A stretch of 64,000 nucleotides of DNA from Elusimicrobiota bacterium (GCA_043811535.1 JBDRNC010000017.1:128001-192000), one strand, 5' to 3'; positions 46,359-55,807 are shown, counted from the first letter of the stretch. Made by a program: numbers and translations. The notes: a model not told the origin generated them from the letters alone.

Positions 46359-47816
46359 TCATAATTCCGGTCTTAATGTCGGGAACAGTATCACTTCTCT
46401 CACAGATTCTATCTCCGCAAGAACCATAACGAGCCTGTCAATTCCTATACCGAGCCCGCCTGTAGGAGGCAGCCCATGCTCTATCGCGGTAATGAAATCC
46501 GCGTCGTAGGCCTGTGCTTCTTCATCTCCCTTTTTCCTGTCTTCCATCTGTTTTTCAAAACGTTTCTTTTGTTCTTCCGGGTCGTTCAACTCCGAATAAG
46601 CGTTCGCTATCTCCATCCCGTTCATGTAGAGTTCAAAACGTTCCGCGATATCAGGCTGGCCGGCCTTTGACTTGGCCAGCGGCGAGTATTCCGCGGGATA
46701 ATCCAGCACGAACGTCGGTTCCTTAAGCTTTGCCGTCACGAAGTTATCGAATATCTGGTCAAGTATTTTCTTTTCCGTTGTCTTTTCCCCGGCGTCAAGT
46801 TTCAGATCCTTGGCTGTCTGCCGTATCTTGCCTGTCCCTAGAAGAGGTTTGAAATCAATTCCCGAAGCGTCCTTAAGCGAATCGAAGAACTTTATGCGCT
46901 TAAAAGGCACGGGCATATCCTTGCCCAGGATTTTCGCGGCATTTACGATAAGTTCCTCTGCAAGTTCCATCATCGTATTATAGTCGCTGTATGCCTGATA
47001 GAGTTCAAGCATCGTGAACTCCGGGTTGTGGTTCCTGTCTATACCTTCGTTCCTGAAGTTACGCCCTATCTCGAACACCTTTTCCATACCACCTACGACA
47101 AGCCGCTTGAGATAAAGTTCCGGCGCGATACGCATGAAAAGGTCAATATCGAGGGCATTGTGGTGCGTCGTGAAAGGTTTCGCCGCCGCGCCGCCGGCTA
47201 TTGCCTGCATTATCGGTGTTTCCACTTCAAGGAATCCTTTTTTTATGAGTTCCTGGCGAATTGAAGAAATTATCCCGCTGCGCTTGATGAAGACGTTTTT
47301 TACGTCCGGATTGGATATCAGGTCCAGATAGCGTTGCCTGTATCTTATCTCGGTATCCTTAAGTCCGTGCCATTTTTCCGGCAGCGGCCTTAAGGTTTTT
47401 GCAAGCATAACCCAGCTTTCGGCTTTCAGGCTCAACTCGCCCGTTCTTGTCCGGAACGGAGATCCCTTTACCCCGATAAAATCGGCTATATCCACGGAAT
47501 CGTTGAAGACCTTATACATTTCCGCGCCAACGAAATCCGACCTTACATAAACCTGGAGCTTTCCCGACGCATCGGCAATATCGATGAACGAGGCTTTTCC
47601 CATTTCGCGTCTTGATACGATCCTTCCGGCCGACGTTAAAGAATCTTCGCAGGATTCGCCGGTTTTCAACGAACCGTATTTCTCATGAATTTCAGAGATT
47701 GCGCAACTCGTTTTGAACTGCGCGGGGTACGGATTAACGCCGCTTTCGCGCAGTATCGCAAGCTTGGCCCTTCTTGTCTCAATAATTTGTTCAAGTGGAG
47801 TATTAAGCTCGTTCAT
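46359..47816 (-). CDS. lysS: Lysine--tRNA ligase (class II)
   Basis: OB-fold, YRQRYLDL, RIAPELYLKRL, FRNEG..RNHNPEF, GLGIGIDRL. Confidence 0.98.
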   Translation of the reverse strand: MNELNTPLEQIIETRRAKLAILRESGVNPYPAQFKTSCAISEIHEKYGSLKTGESCEDSLTSAGRIVSRREMGKASFIDIADASGKLQVYVRSDFVGAEMYKVFNDSVDIADFIGVKGSPFRTRTGELSLKAESWVMLAKTLRPLPEKWHGLKDTEIRYRQRYLDLISNPDVKNVFIKRSGIISSIRQELIKKGFLEVETPIMQAIAGGAAAKPFTTHHNALDIDLFMRIAPELYLKRLVVGGMEKVFEIGRNFRNEGIDRNHNPEFTMLELYQAYSDYNTMMELAEELIVNAAKILGKDMPVPFKRIKFFDSLKDASGIDFKPLLGTGKIRQTAKDLKLDAGEKTTEKKILDQIFDNFVTAKLKEPTFVLDYPAEYSPLAKSKAGQPDIAERFELYMNGMEIANAYSELNDPEEQKKRFEKQMEDRKKGDEEAQAYDADFITAIEHGLPPTGGLGIGIDRLVMVLAEIESVREVILFPTLRPEL

Positions 47817-48205
47817 TTTTTCCTTAATATTTCATTAACTTTTTCTTGAAGAAGCTTCGGGTCAAAAGGTTTTTCAATATATGCCGCCACGTTGGACGCC
47901 ATGCCGAAAAGGTCCTTCATCTGCCCTTTTGCGGTAAGTATTATGATGGGAACGTTTTTTGTCGGGTCGTTTTCAAGCATCTTGTTCTGTACCGTGTAGC
48001 CATCGGTCCCAGGCATCATGACGTCAAGGATGACTATGTCCGGGATCACTGGTATATTCAAAGGTTGCTGCGGCAAAATGCCGAGTTTTTCAAGCGCCTC
48101 GTTCCCGTTGTAAGCCTCGATAATCTCGTGGCCCTGTTTCTGGAAAATGAATGACAGTAGTTCAACAACGTTTTTCTCATCATCAACGACCATGATTTTT
48201 GCCAT
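47813..48205 (-). CDS. Single-domain response regulator (CheY-like receiver)
   Basis: VVDD, ILDVMMPGTDG, LTA, KPF. Confidence 0.92.
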   Translation of the reverse strand: MAKIMVVDDEKNVVELLSFIFQKQGHEIIEAYNGNEALEKLGILPQQPLNIPVIPDIVILDVMMPGTDGYTVQNKMLENDPTKNVPIIILTAKGQMKDLFGMASNVAAYIEKPFDPKLLQEKVNEILRKK

Positions 48206-48330
48206 ATTTGCACTCCTGTAAAAGAAAAAATGATGAAGCCGTTGGCCTCAAAAAAGCAAAAAGCAATTCAACAGGAAATAACACTATACCCCATCCTACG
48301 GGATAACCTGTAGAAGCTTAACTTTTCAAA

Positions 48331-48359
48331 ATTATACTTGATTTTTCAATGTTTGTCAA
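48331..48359 (-). promoter_or_regulatory. Consensus sigma70 promoter for the receiver-lysS-lol run
   Basis: TTGACA(48359-48354)-17 nt-TATAAT(48336-48331). Confidence 0.85.
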
Positions 48360-48441
48360 TAAAACTGAAATGGCAGAACTGATGAGGTAGAACTGATAAG
48401 GCAGAACTGGTAAGGCAGAACTGAAACGGCAGAACAGACCC
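48358..48441. repeat. 14-bp tandem repeat (GGCAGAACTGATAA-like), 5-6 copies
   Basis: ggcagaactgatga ggtagaactgataa ggcagaactggtaa ggcagaactgaaac ggcagaacagaccc. Confidence 0.9.
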
Positions 48442-48527
48442 CGATGTATTCGGGGTCATCGCGACCCGCCATCGCTGCAGTGGCGGGGAAGCGATCTCAG
48501 AGATTGCTTCGCTTCGCCCGCAATGAC
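48437..48527. repeat. REP/RPE-like palindromic element (GTCATTGCG...GCAATCTC / GAGATTGC...GCAATGAC type) with nested hairpins
   Basis: gtcatcgcg...gaagcgatctc a gagattgcttc...cgcaatgac; preceded by gaccccga-tgtat-tcggggtc. Confidence 0.8.
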
Positions 48528-48546
48528 GAACCACGGGTCACTGAGA

Positions 48547-49645
48547 TTATGTCCGGTTTATGTTCTTTTTCTGTACTTTCAAGTCCAAATACGCCGAAAT
48601 AAACGGGTCAATTTGGCCGTCCATTACTATATCAACCTGCGGTATCTCTTTTCCGGTGCGGTGGTCCTTCACCAACTGGTAGGGCATGAAAACATACGAT
48701 CTTATCTGGTTTCCCCACGCAATCGAACCCTTTTCGTCGTAATGCTTTTCGATCGCCTGGCGTTTCTTATCCTGTTCGGCCTCATAAAGCTTGGCTTTCA
48801 GCAGTTTCATCGCGGTGACCCGGTTTTTTGTCTGGGATCTTTCATTCTGGCAGGCGACGACTATTCCCGATGGGATGTGAGTGAGCCTCACGGCCGAGTC
48901 CGTTTTATTGACGTGCTGCCCGCCGGCGCCCGACGCCCTGTAAGTGTCGATGCGCAGGTCTTTATCATCAACTTTTATCTCAATATCATCATCAATTTCG
49001 GGAATGACGTCTACGGAAGAAAACGAAGTGTGGCGTCTTTTGTTCGAGTCGAACGGAGATATCCTGACGAGCCTGTGGACGCCGAGTTCTGACTGGAGTT
49101 TCCCGTAGGCGTATTCTCCCTTTACGATAAATGTTACGCTTTTGATGCCGGCTTCCTCGCCCGGGAGTATGTCGATTATCTCGGTGGAGAAACCGTTCTT
49201 CTCGGTCCACCTGAGATACATCCTTAGCAGCATTTCAGCCCAGTCGCAGGATTCTGTGCCTCCGGCCCCGGCGTGGATGGATACGATGGCATTATTCCTG
49301 TCGTGTTCGCCCGAAAGCTTGGTTTCCGTGTCAAGCAGGTCTATCTCGATTTTTATCTTTTCCGTCAATTTTGATATTTCTTCGTTGAGTTTTTCGTCTT
49401 TGTCTTGTTTTGACAGGGTCTCCAGCGTCACCAGGTCGCTTAATTCAGTATTCAACTTTTCCCACAACGCGACGGTTTTTTTCATGGAGTTAATTTTTGA
49501 CATTGTTCCCCGGGCGGCATCCGTGTTGTTCCAGAAATCCGGCGCGGAGGCCTTTTTTTCCAGCGCGCCTATCTCGGCATTTTTCTTGTCTATCTCAAAG
49601 AGACCCCCTAAGATTCTGAAGTTTGATCTGCATTTCACCGAGCAT
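48547..49645 (-). CDS. prfB: Peptide chain release factor 2, translated via a programmed +1 frameshift
   Basis: SPF and GGQ motifs; ATG at 49645 (GGGAGG SD), 16 codons, then AGGGGG-TCT-CTT-TGA-G at 49609-49594. Confidence 0.96.
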
Positions 49646-49662
49646 TATTCCCTCCCGCACAG

Positions 49663-49723
49663 CAGTTGACAGATGACCGTCCAATGTTTTGTTTTAGTTG
49701 TCCCGCCGACTGTCAACCGTTAA
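49663..49723. repeat. Degenerate palindromic CAGTTGA heptamer array
   Basis: cagttga cagatga ccgtcca ... gactgtc aaccgtt aac. Confidence 0.55.
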
Positions 49724-49740
49724 CGTTGCGTATGTTTCTC

Positions 49741-51381
49741 TTACCGCGCGCGTCTTATTTGTTCTTTATAGAATTTGGATATCATCTCGAAAAGCGCGTC
49801 AACGATACGGATATTGAATATCGTTCCTAATATCATCGTAAGACAGAACAGGATGCAAAGGTAAGCGAAGACGTCGCCCCATCTCGTGTAAAAAGTCGCG
49901 GTGCGCGACGGCCCGACGCTGGCGCATATGAAAGTACGAATAAAAGGCTCGGCCCTTGCGCTGATCCTGCCGCTCGGTTCAACTATGCCCGAAATGCCGG
50001 TGTTGCCGCTGACGACGACAGAGCGGCGGTTCTCGATCGCGCGGAACACGTTCATAGTAAAATGCAGTTCCGCAGCTGATGTTTTGAGAAACCACGCGTC
50101 GTTTGTCTGGTTGACCAGTATTTCGGCCCCCCTGGAAACGGATTTCCGGGTTATGCTTCCGAAAAAATTCTCGGAGCAGATCGTCGGCCCCCAGAGAACG
50201 GATTTCACGGAAAAAACAGTCGGTGAGCCGCCGCGGGTAAAATCTCCCAGAGTATTCAGTACTCCGAAGTAAGGCTCCAGAAGTTTCCTGAACGGTACGA
50301 ATTCCCCGAACGGGATGAGGTGCGTTTTCTTGTGCCAGTTCAGTATTTCACCGGCGGGCCCGAAAAGAAATGACGCGTTGTAATAGTTCTGTCCGCCGTT
50401 ATAGTATGGAGCTCCGACGATGTGGTAGGTTCCCGTCAGCTGGGCGAGCTGGCTTATCCATGAATAAAGCCGCGGGTCCGCGGGCAGGTACCCCGGCACG
50501 GCGGTTTCCGGCCAGATTATGATATCCGGTTTTTCCGCGGAAGATTCCGCCGCAAGCTTTGTGTAAGCGTCGGTAATCTCATTTTCGTAAGCGGCGTCCC
50601 ATTTCTTGTATTGGTCGATATTCCCCTGCATGATAGCCACCCTGAAATACGGCGGCGGCATAAGGTAATTCCTGTCAAGGAGTATTTTGCCGAGTATCGC
50701 CGTGAGCGAAAGCCCGGCAACTATCATGAGGAACGGCAAGACGCGCCTTGTCTTCCATACTCTCCATAAAACGACATTCACGATAACTATGATAAAAGAA
50801 ATTCCGAAGACTCCGGTGAATTCCGATACCTGTATAAGAGAAAGAAATTTCCACTGGGAGTATCCTGCAATCCCCATCGGGAAGCCGGAAAAAAGATACG
50901 TCCTGATGAACTCAAAAAAGATCCAGAGTGACGCCGCGAACAGCGAGAACCTGAAGACAGAATATGAGGTTTTAACCTTGTTTAACAAGTATGCCCACGC
51001 GGCGAAATACAGGGCCAGGTAGCAGCAAAGCGCGGCCAGGCACAGCAGTCCCTGCAGCCGCGACAGCGTGTTTGTCTGTACGACAACATAAATCCAGTAA
51101 AAGAGGCCCGCGTTAGCGATGAAACCTGACAAAAATCCGAATAAAAAGGATTTAAGCGGGTTCTCCCGCTGCACGACTATTAACAGCGGTATCAGCGATA
51201 TCCACGCGAGTAAATACAGGTTGGAATCAGGGAATGACAGGAAGTACAGCGCGCCGCTCAGGATGGAAAGCAGGAATGACCTGTGTTTCTTCGCCCGGGC
51301 GTAAACAAGCGCGGGCATTTGTTTGAAAACAAAATTCTTCAACGCTCCCGGGATATTCTTAAAAAAGTTTTTAGGATTCAA
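49741..51381 (-). CDS. lnt: Apolipoprotein N-acyltransferase
   Basis: TM domain, QGNI, WPETA, KTHLIPFGEF, ICSE, TNDAWF, RAIENRR; exact start uncertain. Confidence 0.95.
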   Translation of the reverse strand: MNPKNFFKNIPGALKNFVFKQMPALVYARAKKHRSFLLSILSGALYFLSFPDSNLYLLAWISLIPLLIVVQRENPLKSFLFGFLSGFIANAGLFYWIYVVVQTNTLSRLQGLLCLAALCCYLALYFAAWAYLLNKVKTSYSVFRFSLFAASLWIFFEFIRTYLFSGFPMGIAGYSQWKFLSLIQVSEFTGVFGISFIIVIVNVVLWRVWKTRRVLPFLMIVAGLSLTAILGKILLDRNYLMPPPYFRVAIMQGNIDQYKKWDAAYENEITDAYTKLAAESSAEKPDIIIWPETAVPGYLPADPRLYSWISQLAQLTGTYHIVGAPYYNGGQNYYNASFLFGPAGEILNWHKKTHLIPFGEFVPFRKLLEPYFGVLNTLGDFTRGGSPTVFSVKSVLWGPTICSENFFGSITRKSVSRGAEILVNQTNDAWFLKTSAAELHFTMNVFRAIENRRSVVVSGNTGISGIVEPSGRISARAEPFIRTFICASVGPSRTATFYTRWGDVFAYLCILFCLTMILGTIFNIRIVDALFEMISKFYKEQIRRAR

Positions 51382-51405
51382 AGCCGTTATCCACCTTCGA
51401 TAGGC

Positions 51406-51500
51406 ATATCATCAATATTCGCGGCTATTTTGCCCTTCGGGTGATCTCCCGTAGGGATGACGCCGCATTGATGATATATCTTCGGCGGATTTCGCCGAAG
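51406..51500. other. Structured intergenic element (3-way junction plus separate hairpin)
   Basis: ATATCATCAAT/ATTGATGATAT and GCGGC/GCCGC stems, inner CCC-TTC-GGG and TCCC-GTA-GGGA hairpins, then CTTCGGCG-GATTT-CGCCGAAG. Confidence 0.6.
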
Positions 51501-51534
51501 AAAAAAGATACTTCTGCTGTAAGAGCCGTGGAGC

Positions 51535-52782
51535 TCATTCCTGAATAGTTTTTTCCGGGTTTTTCAGGCCTTCGGTCAGCAGGATAGCGTGGGCGATCTC
51601 TTTCATCGTTCTTCGCATGTTCATCGCCTGCCGCTGTATGAACTGGAACGCTTCTTCCTCGGTCATGCCGCGTCCCTTCATCAGTATCCCTTTGGCTTTT
51701 TCGACCTGCTTGCGGGTTTCAAGGGCTTCCTGCGCGGCCTGCGTTTCTTCGAACAGCCGCGTATTCTCTATCGCGACGGCCGCCTGGTTCGCCACGGTCT
51801 GGAGGATATCCTTTTCATCGTCGGTGAAATGGTGAGGCACTACCGTGTAGATGTTAACCACGCCGATAGGTTTGTTCTTTATCAGCAGCGGGACCGCGAG
51901 CATTGAGCAAAGCCCTTCCTGCTTCGCTATTTCCGGATATCCGTACTGCGGTTCAACCTTAACATCGAGGATCGCGACCGGTTGAAGCGTTTCCACTGCT
52001 TTGCCCGATATCGACATACCTACCTTCAAGGGCGGTTTTTTAAGGTATTTCTCTGAAAGACTCTGCGTGGACACTATCTTCAATTCCTGTTTTTTACTGT
52101 CAAACAGCATCAGCGAACATATCTTGGAGTTCATCATCTGCGCGGTCATCGTGACAATTAGCTGAAGTATTTCCTGCAAGTACGAGCTTGACACTATCGT
52201 GCGGGACAATTGGGCTATAGTTTCAAGCTGTTTGGTCTTTGTGACGGCGAGCTGTTGAAGGCGCGTTTTTTCTATGACGGCCGCTATCTGATTGGAAACC
52301 GATGTCAGGAGTTTTGTGAGGCTTTCGCCGTAATTCCTGGGCTTGCGGTTCTGAAGGTTGATGACGCCGATAAGTTCATTCTTGAGCGTTATTGGTATGG
52401 AGAGAAAAGCCGCGTACCTGTCTTCGGGAAGGTTGGAGAAGAATTTAAACCTTGAATCCTTAAAAGCGTTTTTTGAAAGGACTACTGGTTTCTTATGCGA
52501 GGCGACCCAGCCCGTTATTCCCTCTCCGGAACCCAACCGCAGTTTGCCGACATGGTTGGGATGCGGCGGACACGCGCCGGAAAGTATCAGGCTCTGGGAT
52601 GAGTGTTCGAGCAGGTAAATAAGACAGCTGTCGCATTTGAGACTCACGGCGAGCGATCTGGCTATCTGTGTCAGCAGGGAATCGAGATCGTTGGACTGCG
52701 TGACGATATCTACAATATGATGCAGCAGCGTTATCTCGATTTTTAAATCTTTGATGCCAGGTTGTTTTAGTTTTTTAGGCAT
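51535..52782 (-). CDS. GAF-GAF-ANTAR RNA-binding regulator
   Basis: Two GAF domains (GEGITGWVA, GVINLQ; SMLAVPL..GVVN); ANTAR motif RKQVEKAKGILM...EEEAFQFIQRQAMNMR. Confidence 0.92.
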   Translation of the reverse strand: MPKKLKQPGIKDLKIEITLLHHIVDIVTQSNDLDSLLTQIARSLAVSLKCDSCLIYLLEHSSQSLILSGACPPHPNHVGKLRLGSGEGITGWVASHKKPVVLSKNAFKDSRFKFFSNLPEDRYAAFLSIPITLKNELIGVINLQNRKPRNYGESLTKLLTSVSNQIAAVIEKTRLQQLAVTKTKQLETIAQLSRTIVSSSYLQEILQLIVTMTAQMMNSKICSLMLFDSKKQELKIVSTQSLSEKYLKKPPLKVGMSISGKAVETLQPVAILDVKVEPQYGYPEIAKQEGLCSMLAVPLLIKNKPIGVVNIYTVVPHHFTDDEKDILQTVANQAAVAIENTRLFEETQAAQEALETRKQVEKAKGILMKGRGMTEEEAFQFIQRQAMNMRRTMKEIAHAILLTEGLKNPEKTIQE

Positions 52783-52809
52783 TTTTTACTCTTTCAAGTG
52801 TCTTTAATT

Positions 52810-52902
52810 AGCGAGTAAGCCTGTAAGCGAGTGAGCAAGTAAGTAAGGAATCATTTCTGAAGTTGTTGCTTACTCGCTGTCTTTACGTACTCGCTTACTT
52901 GC
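52810..52902. repeat. Palindromic AGCGAGTA octamer array
   Basis: agcgagta agcctgta agcgagtg agcaagta ... tactcgct ... tactcgct tacttgc. Confidence 0.85.
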
Positions 52903-52908
52903 CGTCAT

Positions 52909-55548
52909 TTACTTGCCGCAGCATTTTTTGTATTTTTTCCCGCTTCCGCACGGGCAAGGGTCGTTCCTGCCGATCTTGTCGGGTGCGTGCGCCTCCTGCT
53001 GTTCCGGTTGTTTCAATATATTTTTTTGCCGTTGAACGCCCGAGAGCTGCGCAGGTTCCGGTTTTTCGGCGGAAACGGTGTTTACCGGCTGGGCCCTGCG
53101 CGCCGGCTGCGCGACAACCTGCACTTTGAAAAGATATTCCAGCGTTGCTTCGCGTATGCGCCTCATCATCTGTTCGAACATCGCGAACGATTCGCGCTGG
53201 TATTCTATTTTGGGGTCTTTCTGCCCGTAAGCCCTGAGGCCTATCCCTTTCTTTACCTGATCAAGGTCATAAAGATGTTCCTTCCACGCAGTGTCTATCA
53301 TCTGGAGAAGAATCATCCGTTCAATATGATGAAGCAACGGAGTCGTAAGCTCGTTCTCGCGTTTTTGATATGCCGTCTCGGCTCTTTCCGTAACGACCGC
53401 TTCGAACTGTTCCGGCCGCATGGAAAGAAGTTTGTCATTAGGGATGTCCAGTTTCGCGTTGAAAGTCCTGGAAAGCCAGGCGTCCATGCTCGTCACATCC
53501 CATTGCTCGGCGTATAATTTTGCCGGCGCCCAAAGGCCCGTTTTTTCTTCGATGGACTCGGACATCATGTCTTTTATCGTCTGAGAAAGGTCTTCGCCTT
53601 CAAGTATCTCGTTGCGCAGGCGGTAGATGGCCTCGCGCTGCTTGTTCATGACGTTGTCATAATCCAGAAGCTGTTTCCTTATGTCAAAGTTCATCGCTTC
53701 CACTTTTGTCTGCGCGTTCTCTATGGCTTTCGATATCCACGGGTGCTGTATCTCTTCGCCTTCCTGCATGCCGAGCCTCTGCATCAGTCCCGAAATCCTT
53801 TCGGAGCCGAAAAGGCGCATGAGCTCATCGTCAAGCGAAAGATAAAATCTCGAAGAGCCCGGGTCGCCCTGCCTGCCCGAGCGGCCCCTGAGCTGATTAT
53901 CTATCCTGCGGGCTTCGTGTCTTTCGGTGCCTAGTATGTGGAGCCCGCCCAGGCTTTTGATCTCTTCCTGTTCGCCCGGGTCCGGCGTCGAACCGCCCAG
54001 CACGATATCCGTTCCGCGTCCCGCCATATTAGTGGCTATCGTTATCGCGGACCTTTTTCCTGCCTGCGCGATTATCTGCGCTTCCATCTCGTGATATTTC
54101 GCGTTAAGAACCTGGTGCGGCACGCCTTTTCGCCTCAGCATCGCGGAGATCTTTTCGGATTTTTCTATGGAACGCGTGCCCACGAGGACCGGCTGCCGTT
54201 TTCTCCAAAGCGCGTCTATTTCGTTGGTTATGGCTTCGTATTTTTCCTTTTCCGTCCTGTATATCATGTCGGGATTATCCGCCCTTACCATCTTGCGGTG
54301 CGTCGGTATTTCTAAGACGTCCAGCTTGTAGATTTCCCAGAATTCGGAAGCCTCGGTAAGCGCCGTGCCGGTCATTCCCGCGAGTTTTTTGTACATGCGG
54401 AAGAAATTCTGGAAAGTTATTGTGGCGAGCGTCTGGTTTTCCTCGGCGATGCGCATGTTTTCTTTGGCTTCCACGGCCTGGTGCAATCCTTCCGACCAGC
54501 GTCTTCCGGGCATCAGACGGCCCGTGAACTCGTCTACTATTAAAACCTCGCCGTCCTTGACCACGTAGTCCACATCGCGGTGGTACAGGTTATGCGCCCT
54601 CAGCGCCTGGTTTATGTGGTGCACCCATTCGGATTGTATGTCGTCGTAGATATTCTTTATGCCCAGAAGTTTTTCGGATTTGGTAACTCCCTGTTCGGTA
54701 AGCACTATTGAATGATTTTTTTCGTCAACGAGATAATCGTAACCTTCGCTCAGGTTGATGCCTTTGTATTTCGCGTTAATCTCTTCGGATTCGGTTGTCT
54801 TGCGTCCCTTCAGGTGCGGGACGACGCGGTTGCAGACATAGTATTTGTCTGTGGATTCTTCGGCGGGCCCGGAAATAATGAGAGGGGTCCTGGCTTCGTC
54901 TATGAGGATGGAGTCGACCTCGTCGACTATCGCGTAGTTAAGAGGGCGCAAAACGCGCTCCTCTTTGGAAATGACCATGTTATCGCGCAGGTAGTCGAAA
55001 CCTATCTCGTTATTCGTGACGTAGGTGACATCGCAGTTGTAGGCCTGTTGCCTTTCGGAATTAGGCATGTCGTGCTGCACAAAACCGACCGTCAGCCCGA
55101 GAAATTCATAAACGGGCCCCATCCAGCTACGGTCGCGTTTTGCGAGGTAATCGTTGACCGTTACGACGTGCACGCCTTTGCCCTCAAGAGCGTTGAGATA
55201 CACCGACAGCGTCGCGACAAGCGTTTTGCCTTCGCCGGTCTTCATTTCGGCGATCCTGCCCTGGTGCAGCGTGAGTCCGCCCATCATCTGGACGTCAAAA
55301 TGCCGCAGGCCTATCGCGCGCTTTGACGCTTCTCTAACGCACGCAAAAGCCTCCGGCAGGAGGTCGTTAAGCGTCTCACCCCCGGCAAGCCTTTCGCGGA
55401 ATTCCGCGGTTTTCGCCTTGAGCTGCTCGTCGTTCAGGCCGGAGATATCCTGGTCAAACGAATTTATTTCCTCAACAATTGGAGCGAATTTCTTAAGCTC
55501 GCGCTCGTTGCTGGACCCGAATATCGCGCCCATCAGTGTTTTTATCAT
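52909..55548 (-). CDS. secA: Preprotein translocase ATPase SecA
   Basis: [42 protein letters not shown]-terminal [17 protein letters not shown]. Confidence 0.98.
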   Translation of the reverse strand: MIKTLMGAIFGSSNERELKKFAPIVEEINSFDQDISGLNDEQLKAKTAEFRERLAGGETLNDLLPEAFACVREASKRAIGLRHFDVQMMGGLTLHQGRIAEMKTGEGKTLVATLSVYLNALEGKGVHVVTVNDYLAKRDRSWMGPVYEFLGLTVGFVQHDMPNSERQQAYNCDVTYVTNNEIGFDYLRDNMVISKEERVLRPLNYAIVDEVDSILIDEARTPLIISGPAEESTDKYYVCNRVVPHLKGRKTTESEEINAKYKGINLSEGYDYLVDEKNHSIVLTEQGVTKSEKLLGIKNIYDDIQSEWVHHINQALRAHNLYHRDVDYVVKDGEVLIVDEFTGRLMPGRRWSEGLHQAVEAKENMRIAEENQTLATITFQNFFRMYKKLAGMTGTALTEASEFWEIYKLDVLEIPTHRKMVRADNPDMIYRTEKEKYEAITNEIDALWRKRQPVLVGTRSIEKSEKISAMLRRKGVPHQVLNAKYHEMEAQIIAQAGKRSAITIATNMAGRGTDIVLGGSTPDPGEQEEIKSLGGLHILGTERHEARRIDNQLRGRSGRQGDPGSSRFYLSLDDELMRLFGSERISGLMQRLGMQEGEEIQHPWISKAIENAQTKVEAMNFDIRKQLLDYDNVMNKQREAIYRLRNEILEGEDLSQTIKDMMSESIEEKTGLWAPAKLYAEQWDVTSMDAWLSRTFNAKLDIPNDKLLSMRPEQFEAVVTERAETAYQKRENELTTPLLHHIERMILLQMIDTAWKEHLYDLDQVKKGIGLRAYGQKDPKIEYQRESFAMFEQMMRRIREATLEYLFKVQVVAQPARRAQPVNTVSAEKPEPAQLSGVQRQKNILKQPEQQEAHAPDKIGRNDPCPCGSGKKYKKCCGK

Positions 55549-55594
55549 AAATTCCCGTTTTCCAATGACAAAAATATTTACTTATGAAGCCGTC

Positions 55595-55623
55595 ATTATA
55601 TAAAATTATTACTGTATTATCAA
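55595..55623 (-). promoter_or_regulatory. sigma70 promoter of secA
   Basis: TTGATA-17 nt-TATAAT. Confidence 0.75.
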
Positions 55624-55654
55624 ACAAAAAGCCCCAGACAGATAACCCGGGGCT
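55622..55654 (-). terminator. Intrinsic terminator after the lipoate-ligase gene
   Basis: Minus strand AGCCCCGGG...TCTGGGGCT followed by TTTTGTTT. Confidence 0.7.
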
Positions 55655-55714
55655 GCTCAAATGTTCACTAGTTATTTATAGGCAGCAAGAAATAGTCATG
55701 TAGCATCTATCAAT

Positions 55715-55800
55715 TGTGCAATGTGTGATGTTATATGTTTAATGAATTAGTTTTTTCTTTACGTGGTTTTCATTACACATTACACTTTAAACATTACACA
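55715..55800. repeat. Palindromic TGTAATG/CATTACA heptamer array
   Basis: tgtgcaa tgtgtga tgttata tgtttaa tg ... cattaca cattaca ctttaaa cattaca ca. Confidence 0.8.
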
Positions 55801-55807
55801 GTGTTTT

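Noticed and set aside
48206..48324. T-box or lysine riboswitch upstream of lysS
   Set aside because: No T-box UGGNACC antiterminator motif was seen, and the leader is too short for either element
48358..48441. Possible CRISPR array
   Set aside because: Unit is only 14 bp with 4-nt variable parts, there are no 25-45 nt spacers, and no cas genes are present
48346..48534. 62-aa ORF MVRHCGRSEAIS...
   Set aside because: It is simply the translation of the palindromic element and 14-mer array, with no SD or recognisable domain
48547..49645. prfB as a pseudogene or with the odd N-terminus from the ORF track
   Set aside because: The in-frame TGA lies in a canonical SD-spacer-CTT-TGA frameshift cassette
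51382..52908. Canonical ANTAR target (twin AANGRR hexaloop hairpins) flanking the ANTAR gene
   Set aside because: By eye, no pair of stems with A1/G4 hexaloops was found on the transcribed strand
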